A DNA stretch of 63,176 bases, the filler included, from Octopus bimaculoides (taxonomy: Eukaryota), in the NCBI RefSeq assembly GCF_001194135.2. It is 4 parts of 4 records of this genome, joined end to end, with 100 filler letters (N's around TTAATTAATTAA, not from the genome) between each part and the next. Parts side by side here need not be neighbours in the genome. Positions count along the whole stretch, not along the records: positions 1 to 25,967 come from NC_068988.1; 3 more parts are not named here. One strand, given 5' to 3'. The position numbers were made by a program, and so were the translations under genes. This document shows positions 14,030 to 26,011 of the stretch, in pieces; the stretch's first letter is position 1; each line of letters begins with the position of its first letter. The notes under the pieces were generated by a model. It saw only the letters and a program-made list of their open reading frames with translations, had not been told where the DNA came from and ran no database searches.

Positions 14030-14630
14030 TATGTGTTTTACTTGATTCAGCTATTGGGCAGCAGCCATACGAGGTCACCTCCTTGAAGGGTTTAACTCAG
14101 GGGTTCTCAACTATTTTTTACCTATGGACCCCTTTGATTACTGCTTTGCTCTGGTGTGCCCCCCCACCCCATAGCCATTCAATGTTTAAAAACTAGTTTT
14201 ATTGAAACTTCTTTCAAAATCCCTATTTTGTTTTCCACGCATTAACTTGTGTAGGTTGAACTATGTAAAATGTTAGAGAAAGAAACCCAGCTGTTTCATG
14301 CAATATACACTAATACATACATCTGAAGCAAAATTTTTCAGGGGCTCTTAAAATACTTTTGTAGATCCCCAATTTACTCTTCTGTTACATAGATCCCCCC
14401 CCGCAAATCATATATGGACTCTCAGGGTCTATATGGACCCTGATTGAGAACCACTGGTTTAACCGAACAAACAGATGCCAGTATTTATTTAAAGAAAAAC
14501 AAAACATCTGATACTTACTCTATTGTTGTCTTTTGTTGAAGCACTAAGTTATGGGGACGTTAACAAACGAACAGCGGTTGTGAAGCGCCAGCGGGGGACA
14601 AATACAACGCAAATAGAAAGACACACGCAT
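14030..14630 (-). mobile_element. Decayed SINE family B 3' half, interrupted by a hAT MITE
   Basis: Sequence on both sides of 14098-14456 rejoins into gaagggtttaac-cgaacaaa..., the family B tail in minus orientation. Confidence 0.6.
14098..14456. mobile_element. hAT-superfamily MITE (Charlie/Buster-type)
   Basis: TIRs CAGGGGTTCTCAA / TTGAGAACCACTG; 8-bp TSD GTTTAACT / GTTTAACC (7/8) with central TA. Confidence 0.85.
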
Positions 14631-14645
14631 AGATACATAAATACA

Positions 14646-14725
<80 letters not shown>

Positions 14726-14788
14726 TGTGTGTGTGTATGTGTGTGTGTGTGTATGTGTGCGAGACTACGCAGACATTCCGGACTCCGA

Positions 14789-14817
14789 CTGAAGAAGCAA
14801 TTTGGCTGCGAACGATC
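14789..14817 (+). ncRNA. Partial hammerhead-like motif
   Basis: CTGAAGA-A-GCA(atttggc)TGC-GAA-CGATC: core and stem II present, one A missing, no clear stem I. Confidence 0.3.
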
Positions 14818-15360
14818 CGTGTATCTTGTTTGGTCCTGTTTGTTGTTGTCGTGCTATCGTCCTTTTATCCGCATGTTGTGTTTTGACGGTTTCCGTCTGT
14901 TGCGTTTTCTCTGTGATTGAGAATTATATTTGNNNNNNNNNNNNNNNNNNNNNNNNNNNNNNNNNNNNNNNNNNNNNNNNNNNNNNNNNNNNNNNNNNNN
15001 NNNNNNNNNNNNNNNNNNNNNNNNNNNNNNNNNNNNNNNNNNNNNNNNNNNNNNNNNNNNNNNNNNNNNNNNNNNNNNNNNNNNNNNNNNNNNNNNNNNN
15101 NNNNNNNNNNNNNNNNNNNNNNNNNNNNNNNNNNNNNNNNNNNNNNNNNNNNNNNNNNNNNNNNNNNNNNNNNNNNNNNNNNNNNNNNNNNNNNNNNNNN
15201 NNNNNNNNNNNNNNNNNNNNNNNNNNNNNNNNNNNNNNNNNNNNNNNNNNNNNNNNNNNNNNNNNNNNNNNNNNNNNNNNNNNNNNNNNNNNNNNNNNNN
15301 NNNNNNNNNNNNNNNNNNNNNNNNNNNNNNNNNNNNNNNNNNNNNNNNNNAGGAGAAAGA

Positions 15361-15518
15361 AAGGGCTTCTGTTAGGTTCCGCTTGCCAAATCCAATCACA
15401 AAGATTTGGTCGGTCCGGGGCTATATTAGAAAACACTTACCCGAGGACCGCACTACGAGACTGAACCCAAGACCACATGTTTGAGAAATAAGCTTCTTAA
15501 CCGCACAGCTACTCGTAT
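15361..15518 (-). mobile_element. SINE family B 5' half (tRNA head + CORE-like domain)
   Basis: Reverse complement matches the head/central region of full family B copies; adjacent to an N gap. Confidence 0.7.
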
Positions 15519-15974
15519 ATGACTCTACGCCGTGAGCATAACGTTTTCTACCAAGATTTACACGTTTAATTTCCACAGTTAGGACTTTAAAATTTATAGT
15601 TTAACTACATTCACCTTGCGTCTTTTAATGAGTAGAAAATACCTGTTAATTATTTATTTCTACAATCGACGAACGGTATGCAAATTTTCCTGTTCATTAT
15701 AGTTAAGTTATGGTTTGCAATTGCTCAAAGTTATCTTCGAAGGAAGAATGTTGATGAGTATCGATCTTCTGATAAGCAGCCAATTTGCTATGGAACATGT
15801 CGAGATAATCTCTTTGATTTTTCCTTTGAGTTAAGAGAATAACACGATGTATTTGAGTCCCACTGAGTGGGACCTCGAAGGGAAGTAGATAACGAAATTT
15901 AGTGGTGTCGGCATACATTCTTTGCCAGTCTTCTCTTCGCACTTACTGTGCTAATGCTGGAAAGCAGGAGCAGT

Positions 15975-16635
15975 GGCGGTGAGCCAACAGAACCAGTAGT
16001 GTGCTGGACAAAATACCTAGTGGTGTTTCGTCCGTATTTATGTTCGGAGGTCAAATTCTGTTGAGGCCGAGTTTTCCTTTCACCCTTTAAGGGTCGATAA
16101 AGTAAGTGCCAGTTGAGTACTGGGATCGATGCAATCGATTTTCCCCTTTTCCTCAAAATTGCAGACCTTGTGCTAAAATTTAAAACCATTACGAAAGCGG
16201 CGAGTTGGCAGAATCGTTAGCATGCCGGACAAAATGCTCAGTGGAATTTCGTCCGTCTTTACGTTGTGAGTTCAATTTCCGCCAAGATACACTTTGTATT
16301 TCATCCTTTCGAGGTCGATAAAATAAATACCAGTCAAGTATTGGGGTCTATGTGATCGACCATCCACTCCCTTCAAATTCCAGGCCTTGTGCCAATAGTA
16401 GAAAGGATTATTATTATTAGTATTATTGTTATGTTGACAGCATCGGTAGAACATTCAGTAAACTGCCCTGCAGTAATTCAGATTTAGATCTATCTCTTAT
16501 CATTAAATTTGTCTTTCCTCTTCACCGGGTGGAAGAAAATAAGTATCGGGTATCAATTATTTGGGGTCGATTTCATCGACTGTGCTCTCCTTCAAATTTC
16601 TCTGGTTCGGCGCCAACGTTAGAAATGATTAGTAT
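15975..16635 (+). mobile_element. Three tandem SINE family A copies (15975-16190, 16196-16419, 16432-16635)
   Basis: Each has a gcgg.gag.tggcagaa-like head or remnant, the ctttcatcctttc..ggtcgataaa..aagtacca core and the ggccttgtgcca tail; divergence differs among copies. Confidence 0.75.
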
Positions 16636-17227
16636 TAAAATTTTATTCAATCGAATGACATAATATAATAAACTAATAACTATAATATTACATATACATG
16701 CAAGAAACAAGCGGATAAAAGTAAAGATCGAAAAAAAAAAAAGATATGTACAAAAATGTATAAGAAAAAAAAAACAAATGTAAAACATATATCGATATAA
16801 TACTTAACAAAGTATGGTTACTGTATAGAGTCCTGTGCCAGGTTTTCATGTAGATAAATCAATGAAGAAACAAGAGAAGTGACTATTGCTGGCAAAAGAC
16901 AATCTCTTGTGTTTCATGCAGCTTGGTGGAAAGGGATATTTTCCCACTGTATTGACTGCAAGGCATTCCGTCTAACCCTCTGTCGATTCCCAGCCTTGTG
17001 GCTGTGTTAGAAATAGGCATTAACGTAACTGCGCCGGTCGACGCTGATATTATTGTGGCTTTTACAAACCAGCAGCCATATTTCTGCTTCAAAGTCTTTG
17101 CATAGTTTTATTTGTTAAAATTTTAGTGAAAATAACTTTGGTTGTTTTCCTTCACTGGGTTGAAGTTACTATTAACAATATCGATATCTATTGAGCATAA
17201 AACCTGAAATTTTGTGGCGGATTATAT

Positions 17228-17801
17228 TAACACACAGTACTTGACTGATACTTTATTTTATTGACTCCAGGAGGATGAAAAGCAAAGTTAACCTCGGTAG
17301 GATTTGAACTCGAAACGTAAAGAGCGTAATGTGCTAGATAATGTTTGATGCTCTGACGTTTCTTATTTCTTTATTGCCCACAAGGGGTTAAACATAGAGG
17401 AGACAAACAAAAGGATTAAGTCGATTACATCGACCCAGTGCGTAACTGGTACTTAATTTATCGACACCGAAAGGATGAAAGGCAAAGTCGACCTCAGCGG
17501 AATTTGAACTCGGAACGCAAAGAACAATCGAAACACCGATAAGCATTTCACTCGGCGTGCTAACGTTTCTTATTTCTTTATTGCCCACAAGGAGCTAAAT
17601 GTAGAGGGGACAAACAAGGACAGGCAAAAGGATTAAGTCGATTACATCGACCCCAGTGCGTAGCTGGTACTTAATTTATCGACACCGAAAGGATGAAAGG
17701 CAAGGTCGAATTTGGCGGAATTTGAACTCGGAACGTAACGGCAGACGACATACTGCAAAGTATTTCGCCCGGCGTGCTAACGTTACCGCCAGCTCGCAGC
17801 C
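17228..17801 (-). mobile_element. Three head-to-tail SINE family A copies (17570-17801, 17363-17569, ~17228-17362)
   Basis: Repeated ttatttctttattgcccacaagg...aaaggatgaaaggcaaagtcgacctc..cggaatttgaactc units; only the rightmost has a complete head. Confidence 0.9.
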
Positions 17802-17964
17802 TTCGCTATCTGCTACGAAACGAAGGGAAGTAGATAACGATATTTAGTGGTGTCGGCAGATATTCTTTGCTTTTCTTCTCTTCGCACTTACTGTGCTAAT
17901 GCTGGAAAGAAGGAGCAGGGTCACAAGGCATGAGAGGCTGCAATACTATCAAGCTATATAACAA

Positions 17965-19137
17965 TAAAGGGTGCTAGATTCCCTTGTTCGAAAATATAAG
18001 GACACAGATCGTGTCGTATAGCCAGCTGGAGACGATGCGTTCTCATGTCTCTGGCAAGATCTTCGAACACCTTGATTTTGGCCAGCAGCTCGGCCTTAGT
18101 GTGGCAGAGCGGCCGGTGTCTTTCTCAACCGCGTCCCACACATGGGTCTACAATAGGGGAAATTAAAAGGGCAGAAATTGGAGTGGATGAAGTAGAAATT
18201 CTCCTATAACAACTTCTGAATCTTTCCGGAGGTATGGCAAAAAACCGAACGAATCCTGCTGCAGCACATGGCCTTACTGCAGTAACCCTCTCCAGCCAGG
18301 TTTGACCATGGTATCCAGCAACTTGACATAACCCTATGAATTGAGTTTAAGGTCCTGTTCAAAGACGTGGGATGGTATGATGTTACGCTCACTGGAGACA
18401 CATCCAAAAACCATCACAATTTGAGGGTATTTAGTTTTCATGATATATGGGACATCACATGGATTGTAACCAAGTTACCTGTTGTTCTGGGTGTTGCGCA
18501 ACTGGTCCTGGCAGAAGTTCCTTTCATCTGACAAGAACCAGATAATTCCCAGATTATCAGCAGAATGCTTCAGATTGTTCAGGAGTTCCCATACCTTCGT
18601 TAAGAAGTTTTCTTATCCTTGGCTGTCAGGATTTGTCCCTCGCATCTCTGGTACGAGTGGTAGCGAAGACCTTCATTTAGGGCCAGCTTCATGGCGACAC
18701 CTCTAACACCCATTTCTCTCGTCAAAGCCCAGATTCCTTTGATCAGCACTATCATATTGTCATGCAGTTACCGGATGAATTTCGGTAAGCTGATTCAGTC
18801 AGAATATCTGCTGAGCCGCGTTTTGCTGGCCACGGCTTTGTAGTTTCCGTTGCAGCTGTCCATGTCACGTCACACAGCCTTCACAATGTTCACAAGCATT
18901 GAGCAGCAGTCATGATGTCAGCATTTTGATTTCCGGTGCGAACCACCATGATACAAGTAACTCCTTTCCAATGTTCAAATGGCTTCCAGTCCCCCATGTC
19001 AGCTAACTTTCTTTCAGCTGTAACTTTAATCATAATACTTTCTAACACTGTTGACTATTCACAAATAAACTGTTCCTGAAAAAGAAAAAGAAAAAAAAAA
19101 AGATTTAAAATAAGTCAAATTTATTCCGAACACCTTG
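17965..19137 (-). mobile_element. Decayed Tc1/mariner-superfamily transposon, maT/DD37D-like, near full-length transposase pseudogene (ATG at 18997)
   Basis: Minus strand: MGDWKPFEHWK..., KLALNEGLRYHSYQR..GQILTAK, WFLSDERNFCQDQLRNTQNNR, MKTKYPQIVMVFGCVSSE, LDTMVKP, QQDS, KAELLAKIK..FEDL, with many stops and frameshifts. 5' end TA|CAAGGTGTTCGGAATAAA is TIR-like; the 3' TIR is unclear. Confidence 0.85.
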
Positions 19138-20147
19138 TAGTTTAAATGGATAAAATGAAAGCAAAACCATTATATAGGCATAAAATGGTGATATATTTAA
19201 TCTATTTTTCTGATTAGTTAAAAATTATAAGTTTAATAAAAAGATATTGACAACTTGGACATTTTTGAATGTCTGTCTTTTTATCTGTCTGACTGTCTGT
19301 ATGCATGTATGTATATTTCTAAGTATGTAGATGCGCGCATATATCTATGTGCGTGCGCGTGCGAGTGTGCATGTGCTTGTGTGCGTGTGTGTACGTGCGT
19401 GTGTGTGCGTGCGTGTGTGTGTGTATGTGTGCGTATATGTATATATATACATATGTGTTTATATATATGTATATATACATACATATATATATATATATAT
19501 ATGTATTTATATATACATATATATATGTATGTATATACACATATATGTATATGTGTGTGTGTGTATGTGTGTGTGTGTATTTAAAAGTAATACGCGTTAG
19601 TAGTTAGGAACTCATATATACACCTCACACACACAGACACACATATACACTTGTTCAATTGTGTGTTGCGTGCGTTCTTTTTCAGCCTCTATTCAAATAA
19701 AATGCTTCTTTCCGTCATCTATTCAGCATACGGATTACTTGCGAAAAGACATCAGTGAAAAGACAAAAAAAAAAAAAAACGAAAATAAAAATAAAAAAGA
19801 AAATACACATGGTTGTATGGTTTCCTTATAGATTATCCTCTTAAAACATCTGACTAGACTTCAGAAAATGAGATATTTATCTCTCTTTCATAATTGTATT
19901 TAATGAGAGAACAGCAAGAATATCTATACGCACAAAAGTATGTGCATATCAAATTAAAGCGATAGGATACGAGAACACTAATGATAGTTTGCATCGGGAA
20001 ATTTTGAGTGCAAGAAGTTTGCGAGCAGAATATATTTTATTCTATGATAAAGAAGACAAATGTAACATTTCGGAAAAATACTCGTGTTTATATATAATTG
20101 TGAGTATATGTGCATGTGATTAAACGTTTGAGCAATTTACATAGATC

Positions 20148-20548
20148 TTACTCTTTTACTCTTTTAATTGTTTCAGTCTTTTGACTGTGACCATGCTGGA
20201 GCACCGCCTTTAGTCGAGCAAATCGACCCCAGGACATATTCTTTTGAAGCCTAGTACCTATTCTATCGGTGTCTTTTGCCGAACCGCTAAGTTACGGGGA
20301 CATAAACACACCAGCATCGGTTGTCAAGCAATGTTGGGAGGACAAACACAGACATACAAACACACACACACACACACATATATACGACAGACTTCTTTCA
20401 GTTTCCGTCTACCAAATCCACTCACAAGGCTTTGGTCGGCCCGAGGCTATAGTAGAAGACACTTGCCCAAGGTGCCACGCAGTGGCACTGAACCCGGGAC
20501 CATGTGGTTGGTAAGCAAGTTACTTACCACACAACCACTCCTACGCCT
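20148..20548 (-). mobile_element. Full-length SINE family B
   Basis: Reverse complement has the ggcgtaggagtgg.tgtgtggtaag head, ccttgggcaagtgtctt CORE-like motif, internal (CA) microsatellite and ...gactgaaacaa.taaaagagtaaaagag tail. Confidence 0.9.
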
Positions 20549-21364
20549 ATATGTATGTATAATATCTTATGTATAATAAACATTTTCCTACAACGTTTTT
20601 CGTTTACGATAAGAATAGATATATTTTTATCGTAATAATAATAAAAAAAAATGTCGTTACTACGAGTGACAAACACCGACATAGTTCGAAGCTTATTGTT
20701 CTTGGACTAAGAATGGTAGCGCTTATTGTTCTTGGACTAAGAATGGTAGCAGTCGTTGTCGTGATGTTACTTGATGCTAACTGATTATTGTGTGTAGCTG
20801 TCGGTACCATCCATTGTTTTTGTGCTGTCACAGCGCTCTTGTCTGATGCTGGTTCTACAACTGTCAGCTGACTGCCGTTTCCGAGTCCGGTCTGCTGTCT
20901 ACAATCTGCTGTCTGCCCCCCGTAGTGGCTGAAATGTGCTGAATATATAATGGTGGCCTTGCTCAGACAAAAAAAAAAAAAAAATTGCTGTTCGATTCGC
21001 TTCCGCACGAAGTATTGAGTGGTCAGATTTATTTTGCTGTCGTTGGTAATATTTCGTCGGATCACGATCGTAGCTATTTATTTATTTTTTGGTGCGTTGT
21101 ATATAGTGAACCGTGTTCACTTTCTGAGTTTTACAATTTTTAGGTATTACAACTACAGAAGAATAACTTCTCTGTCTTATGAGAATACAGTGTCACCAGC
21201 GTATTTTGCGCTCGAACCTGCCTAGATATATTAAGAATGAATATGGAAATATTTGTTCCTGATATCGCTGTACATGGTGAAAATAACAATTTATAATGTA
21301 CTTATGTACACGTGCGCACGCGCGCACACATACATGTATGTATGTATATCGTCATTGGACTCTC

Positions 21365-21675
21365 TCGTCGCTTCATTGAATAAGGATCCAACGGAACACA
21401 GCTGCTGTACAGTGTTCTTAATTCGATGGTTTGCCGTGTCGTGTCAAGTGGGAAATCAAACCTATCCGGGAATTGCAGGTCCAGTTGCAGACGTCACAGT
21501 ATCAGACTCTGTTATTTTGGGGGCAGGCTCTATGCTGGCCTCTTTTTTTCTTTCAGTGTTGATCCTGGCAGTTTCATAGTCGTAGATGGCTTGGTAGCAA
21601 GAGCTTCTCCACTTAGCTCCATTTAGTGTCTGATTCCCATCTCTTCTAGTTTATCTCGCACGTTTTGCTTTAGTT
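21365..21675 (-). pseudogene. RTE-clade LINE 3' end with C-terminal C2H2-like zinc finger
   Basis: Minus strand WESD/LNGAKWRSSCYQAIYDYETARINTERKK, then (frameshift) YCDVCNWTCNSRIGLISHLTRH*, then gaagcgacgagagag tail. This matches the RTE/BovB-like C..C...C.SRIGL.SH..H terminus. Confidence 0.75.
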
Positions 21676-21779
21676 TATTCACACGTGTGTATGACATATA
21701 CTATTAATTTTGTTTCTTTTGAAAAGCAAAAAACAAAAACAATATCAACTGGATTATGGCTGGGAGATAACGGTTTACA

Positions 21780-21945
21780 CAAAATAACTACACTCAGCTT
21801 CCGCCACAACCTTAAGACAGTTCCAGAACCTGGCGCACGTATTACCCAAGGTGCCTCTGGGAAGATCTTCGAACACCTCCTTGATCTTGGCCACCAGCTC
21901 GGCCTTGGTAGAGCGGTTGGTGTCCTTTTCATCCACGCCCCCGTA
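21780..21945 (-). pseudogene. Second maT-like transposase fragment (C-terminus)
   Basis: EKDTNRSTKAELVAKIKEVFEDLPRGTLGNTCARFWNCLKVVAEAECSYF; the DNA aligns with 18040-18140. Confidence 0.8.
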
Positions 21946-22749
21946 TAGTAATATTCATTTGTTATAAGGTTAGACATTTCTTTTGCTAAAAATATATCGA
22001 TTTTACTGATCTAAATACCGAACTGTAGCATATTATATTATATGATTCAGTCGATCTCTTCTGAAACACAAGAAGCTATGTAGATTCGGCAAGCTTTATC
22101 TTCGGCACGTACACAACCTTAATAAACAATAATTTCTAAACACAGATACAAAGCTAGATATTTGGTGGGGACAAGTTTGTACCTTATTTAATCAACCTTG
22201 AAAGGATGAAAAGCAAAGACGACCTTGATCATATTTAAACTCAGAACGTAAAGAGCCATAACCAAATAACTCAAGGCTTTTAGATTTTGCAAGACGCTAA
22301 TGATTCCGCCAATCTCCCATTTCTAACTTGGTACAAGGCCTCCACATTGGATGATGTTATATCGTAACTCTACATTTCTAATGGCTTACACATTAAAGAG
22401 GGAGAAGTCACGGATAGGGGAGATTTGCATTCATGGTTTTCCATAAACTACTGGCTTCCTATAGATAAAACCGTCTTTAGGCTTAGATATCAGGAAGTAA
22501 CTTTCCATAAATAGATCTGTGATCATAATGGTGTGTCAACCTTTTCCTTAATGGCATGTTAAACTTGGTGAATACTTGAATCCTGAGATTATCCCAACTT
22601 CTCAAGTGGAGTCGGTTTTAATTGTCATTCGGTAATTATGATGTGTCTTCTAGAGGCGAAGACACTTTCAATAGATCATGAATTTATGTTGTATGGCATT
22701 TACTGTACCTGTATTTGTCTGTCATTCAAATACATCTCCTACCTCATTT

Positions 22750-23025
22750 TTGTATGTATGTATGTATGTAATGTATGTTATGTATGTACTGTATGTTATA
22801 TATGTAATGTATGTATGTATGTATGCTATGTATGTATGTATGTATGTATGTATGTATGTATGTATGTATGTATGTAGGTATGTAATGTATATTATGTATA
22901 TACTGTATGTTATATATGTAATGTATGTATGTATGTATGTATGTTATGTATGTATGCATGTGTGTTATGTATGCGTGCATGTATGTATGTATCTATGTAT
23001 GTATGCGTGCATGTATGTATGTATG

Positions 23026-23056
<31 letters not shown>

Positions 23057-23171
23057 GTATGCATGTATGTATGTATCTATCTATNNNNNNNNNNNNNNNN
23101 NNNNNNNNNNNNNNNNNNNNNNNNNNNNNNNNNNNNNNNNNNNNNNNNNNNNNNNNNNNNNNNNNNNNNNN

Positions 23172-23227
<56 letters not shown>

Positions 23228-23260
23228 TCTTTCTATCTATCTATCTATCTATCTATCTAT
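22750..23260. repeat. (TATG)n / (TCTG)n / (TATC)n compound microsatellite spanning an N gap
   Basis: Direct reading. Confidence 0.95.
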
Positions 23261-23322
23261 ATGGAAAAGGCTGCGCATCGACCCTATATTTTTCAGACTA
23301 CTAGGACTGTTGGAAGAGAGAA

Positions 23323-23373
<51 letters not shown>

Positions 23374-24847
23374 AAGAGAAAGAGAAGGAAGAAAAGGGAT
23401 GAAGAGACATGCATATTCTTATATAAACACATACACACAAACACAAACGTGTGCGCGCGCGTGTGCATATGTGGACAGCGTCAATAAAGCATGTTGAAGT
23501 AATCTTTTATGGGAGTCAATTAAAATAGCTATTTCCCCCACCTCCATTATACACTTTGTCATCTGGTTCTTTTCTATGAAATAATTTTTACCCAGTTTTA
23601 GACCCATTGAATGAAGTGTGGGTACACGTTTTTCCTCTTTACATATTTCAACAATAGAATAAGTAAAACATATAAATGAATAAATATTTTCCACTCTTGA
23701 AAGATCTGTGTAAATATTTTAACATTTTCACGAAGATATGTACATTGCTTGTTAAGTTAATCTGATAAAGGATTTAAACAATGCACGAATAGAAGTGCTT
23801 TATTATAAAATGTTCCTTGTCGTCATCTATTTAACATATTGATGAATCGTGAAAATACGTATTTGAAATGAATAACACAATCGTATGGTTTCTTTGTAGT
23901 TTCTTGAGAGAAAAAGCAAACGAAATCAAAACAAGACAAACGAAAAGTAAAAATAAGAGAAAATTCAGTCTAGACTTTAGAAAATGAGATTTATCTATCG
24001 TAAGTAAATATACAATAAAAAAAGAAACAAAAGAAATAAAATAATAACTGCAACAAAAGTAAGAGCAGATGTAAATAGGTACAACAAAAGCAACAAAGAC
24101 AACAAAAAGACTATCACAATCCGATTCTCGTTCGTCGTTTCGTGCTAATGAAATGGTTTTAGCTAAGATCGAACACAGGCTGTGTGATTAAGGAACACAG
24201 CTTGTAACGACGTAGTTACAAGTTCTGTTGTTCCGTTGCAATGTGTAATAAGTTTCTAGAGTAAGTATCGTCTAATATAGCCTCGAACCAACAAAAACTG
24301 AGTGGAAGCACATCGTACAGACACACACACACACACACACACANNNNNNNNNNNNNNNNNNNNNNNNNNNNNNNNNNNNNNNNNNNNNNNNNNNNNNNNN
24401 NNNNNNNNNNNNNNNNNNNNNNNNNNNNNNNNNNNNNNNNNNNNNNNNNNNNNNNNNNNNNNNNNNNNNNNNNNNNNNNNNNNNNNNNNNNNNNNNNNNN
24501 NNNNNNNNNNNNNNNNNNNNNNNNNNNNNNNNNNNNNNNNNNNNNNNNNNNNNNNNNNNNNNNNNNNNNNNNNNNNNNNNNNNNNNNNNNNNNNNNNNNN
24601 NNNNNNNNNNNNNGTGTGTGTAAAAGATTATAACAGCCGTATTTTTCAATTGATTTTCTCCAAACTGGGAACATACATTACTTATGTTCCAGAGATGGTT
24701 TCAGACTCTTAAAACTTTTTACATAATGAGTAACGGCTCCCCTGGGAGCAGAAACACCCGTTCCTGGGTTACGTGGAGAAAGGAGGTTACTATTTGCGAA
24801 GTAACTTTCAGAAATTGTCTTCCTTACATACATTGCTAAAAAAAAGT

Positions 24848-25139
24848 TATGAAAATCTGAAATGGCTCAAAAAAACAAAAAAACAAATAAACACTGTTAG
24901 TAAAATTAATGAGCAGCTGCTGCAGTACTTTCATGAAAGTCCTCAGATACAATCCCAGATCCAGAAGAGGTGGTAAATTATCCAACAGAATTTCTCAATT
25001 CATCGGAGCCTCCAGGTCTACCTCCCCACAGATTGAAACTGAAACTGGGAACTCCAGTAATGTTATTGAGGAGTTTGGATTTACCAACACTCTGCAATGG
25101 GACACGTCTGGTGGTAAAGAAGATGAGGATATTTTCATA
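24848..25139 (+). pseudogene. Helitron RepHel PIF1-like helicase fragment
   Basis: YENLKWL...NTVSKINEQLLQ / [54 protein letters not shown] / EDIFI. This is the conserved Helitron helicase block YP.EFLNSL.P.GLPPH.L.LK.G.P.MLLRNL....LCNGTRL.V, with frameshifts and deletions. Confidence 0.9.
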
Positions 25140-25624
25140 CTGTCGAAATTGCAGTAAAAGAATCATGTTTCCAACCAAAAAACCGATTCTCTCCATTGGT
25201 GATAAATTCGAAAAATATAACCAAGAACAAATGAACACACATGCATACATAGATACATGCATGAATACATACACAGATACATACGCTCACATACATACAT
25301 ACATACATACATACATACATACATACATGACTACTCTGTTGATGTTATCTAAATTCCAGTAAAAGAGCCGTCTTTCTCGGCAAGAAACCGTCTCTCTCTA
25401 TTGGTAAAATAAAACCAGGAAAAATGCATACATAATTTATAACATCTCACTTTGAAGATTACTAACATGCAGTCTAAGAACGAGATATTCTCAACCAAGA
25501 AACTTCTTCACAAGACACGGAAAAAATCAGCTGACTATAACTACAAATGTAAGCTTTACAAAGCCAAACTAAAAACATGTCTGAAGCTACATCATTGCCA
25601 TCTGTAAGCAAATGTTCACTGCGT

Positions 25625-25785
25625 AGGCGCAGGCATGTTGTGTGTTTAAGAAGTTTGCTTTGTGACAACGTGATTTCGCGTTCAATCCCGCTGCATGGCG
25701 TCTTCGACGTTTGGTTTTTATCCAACGGTCTCGAATCGACCAATGCCTTGTTAGAATTTGGTAGACCAAAACTGTCGGTAAATAC
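25625..25785 (+). mobile_element. Old SINE family B 5' half
   Basis: Degenerate ggcgcagg...tgtgtgtttaag head, gttcaatccc B-box, caatgccttgt..gaatttggtagac.aaaact. Confidence 0.55.
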
Positions 25786-26011
25786 GTTACACACACAGAG
25801 ACACATGCATACAGACAGATAGACAGACAGACAGACAGACAGACACACGCACACAACATACATACTCAGCGTTGAGTGCACTGCTTCTGATGGCAGAAAC
25901 AACTGTAAGTTAATGAAGTTGATTACATGATACCTGTTTCACTGTCATTCATATATATATATATATANNNNNNNNNNNNNNNNNNNNNNNNNNNNNNNNN
26001 NNNNNNNNNNN

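Noticed and set aside
21253-21579. + strand ORF ending ...SDSVILGAGSMLASFFLSVLILAVS*, resembling a GPI-anchor signal exon
   Set aside because: The opposite strand is a clear RTE LINE C-terminus (KWRSSCYQA...C..C...SRIGLISH), so the hydrophobic tail is an antisense coincidence.
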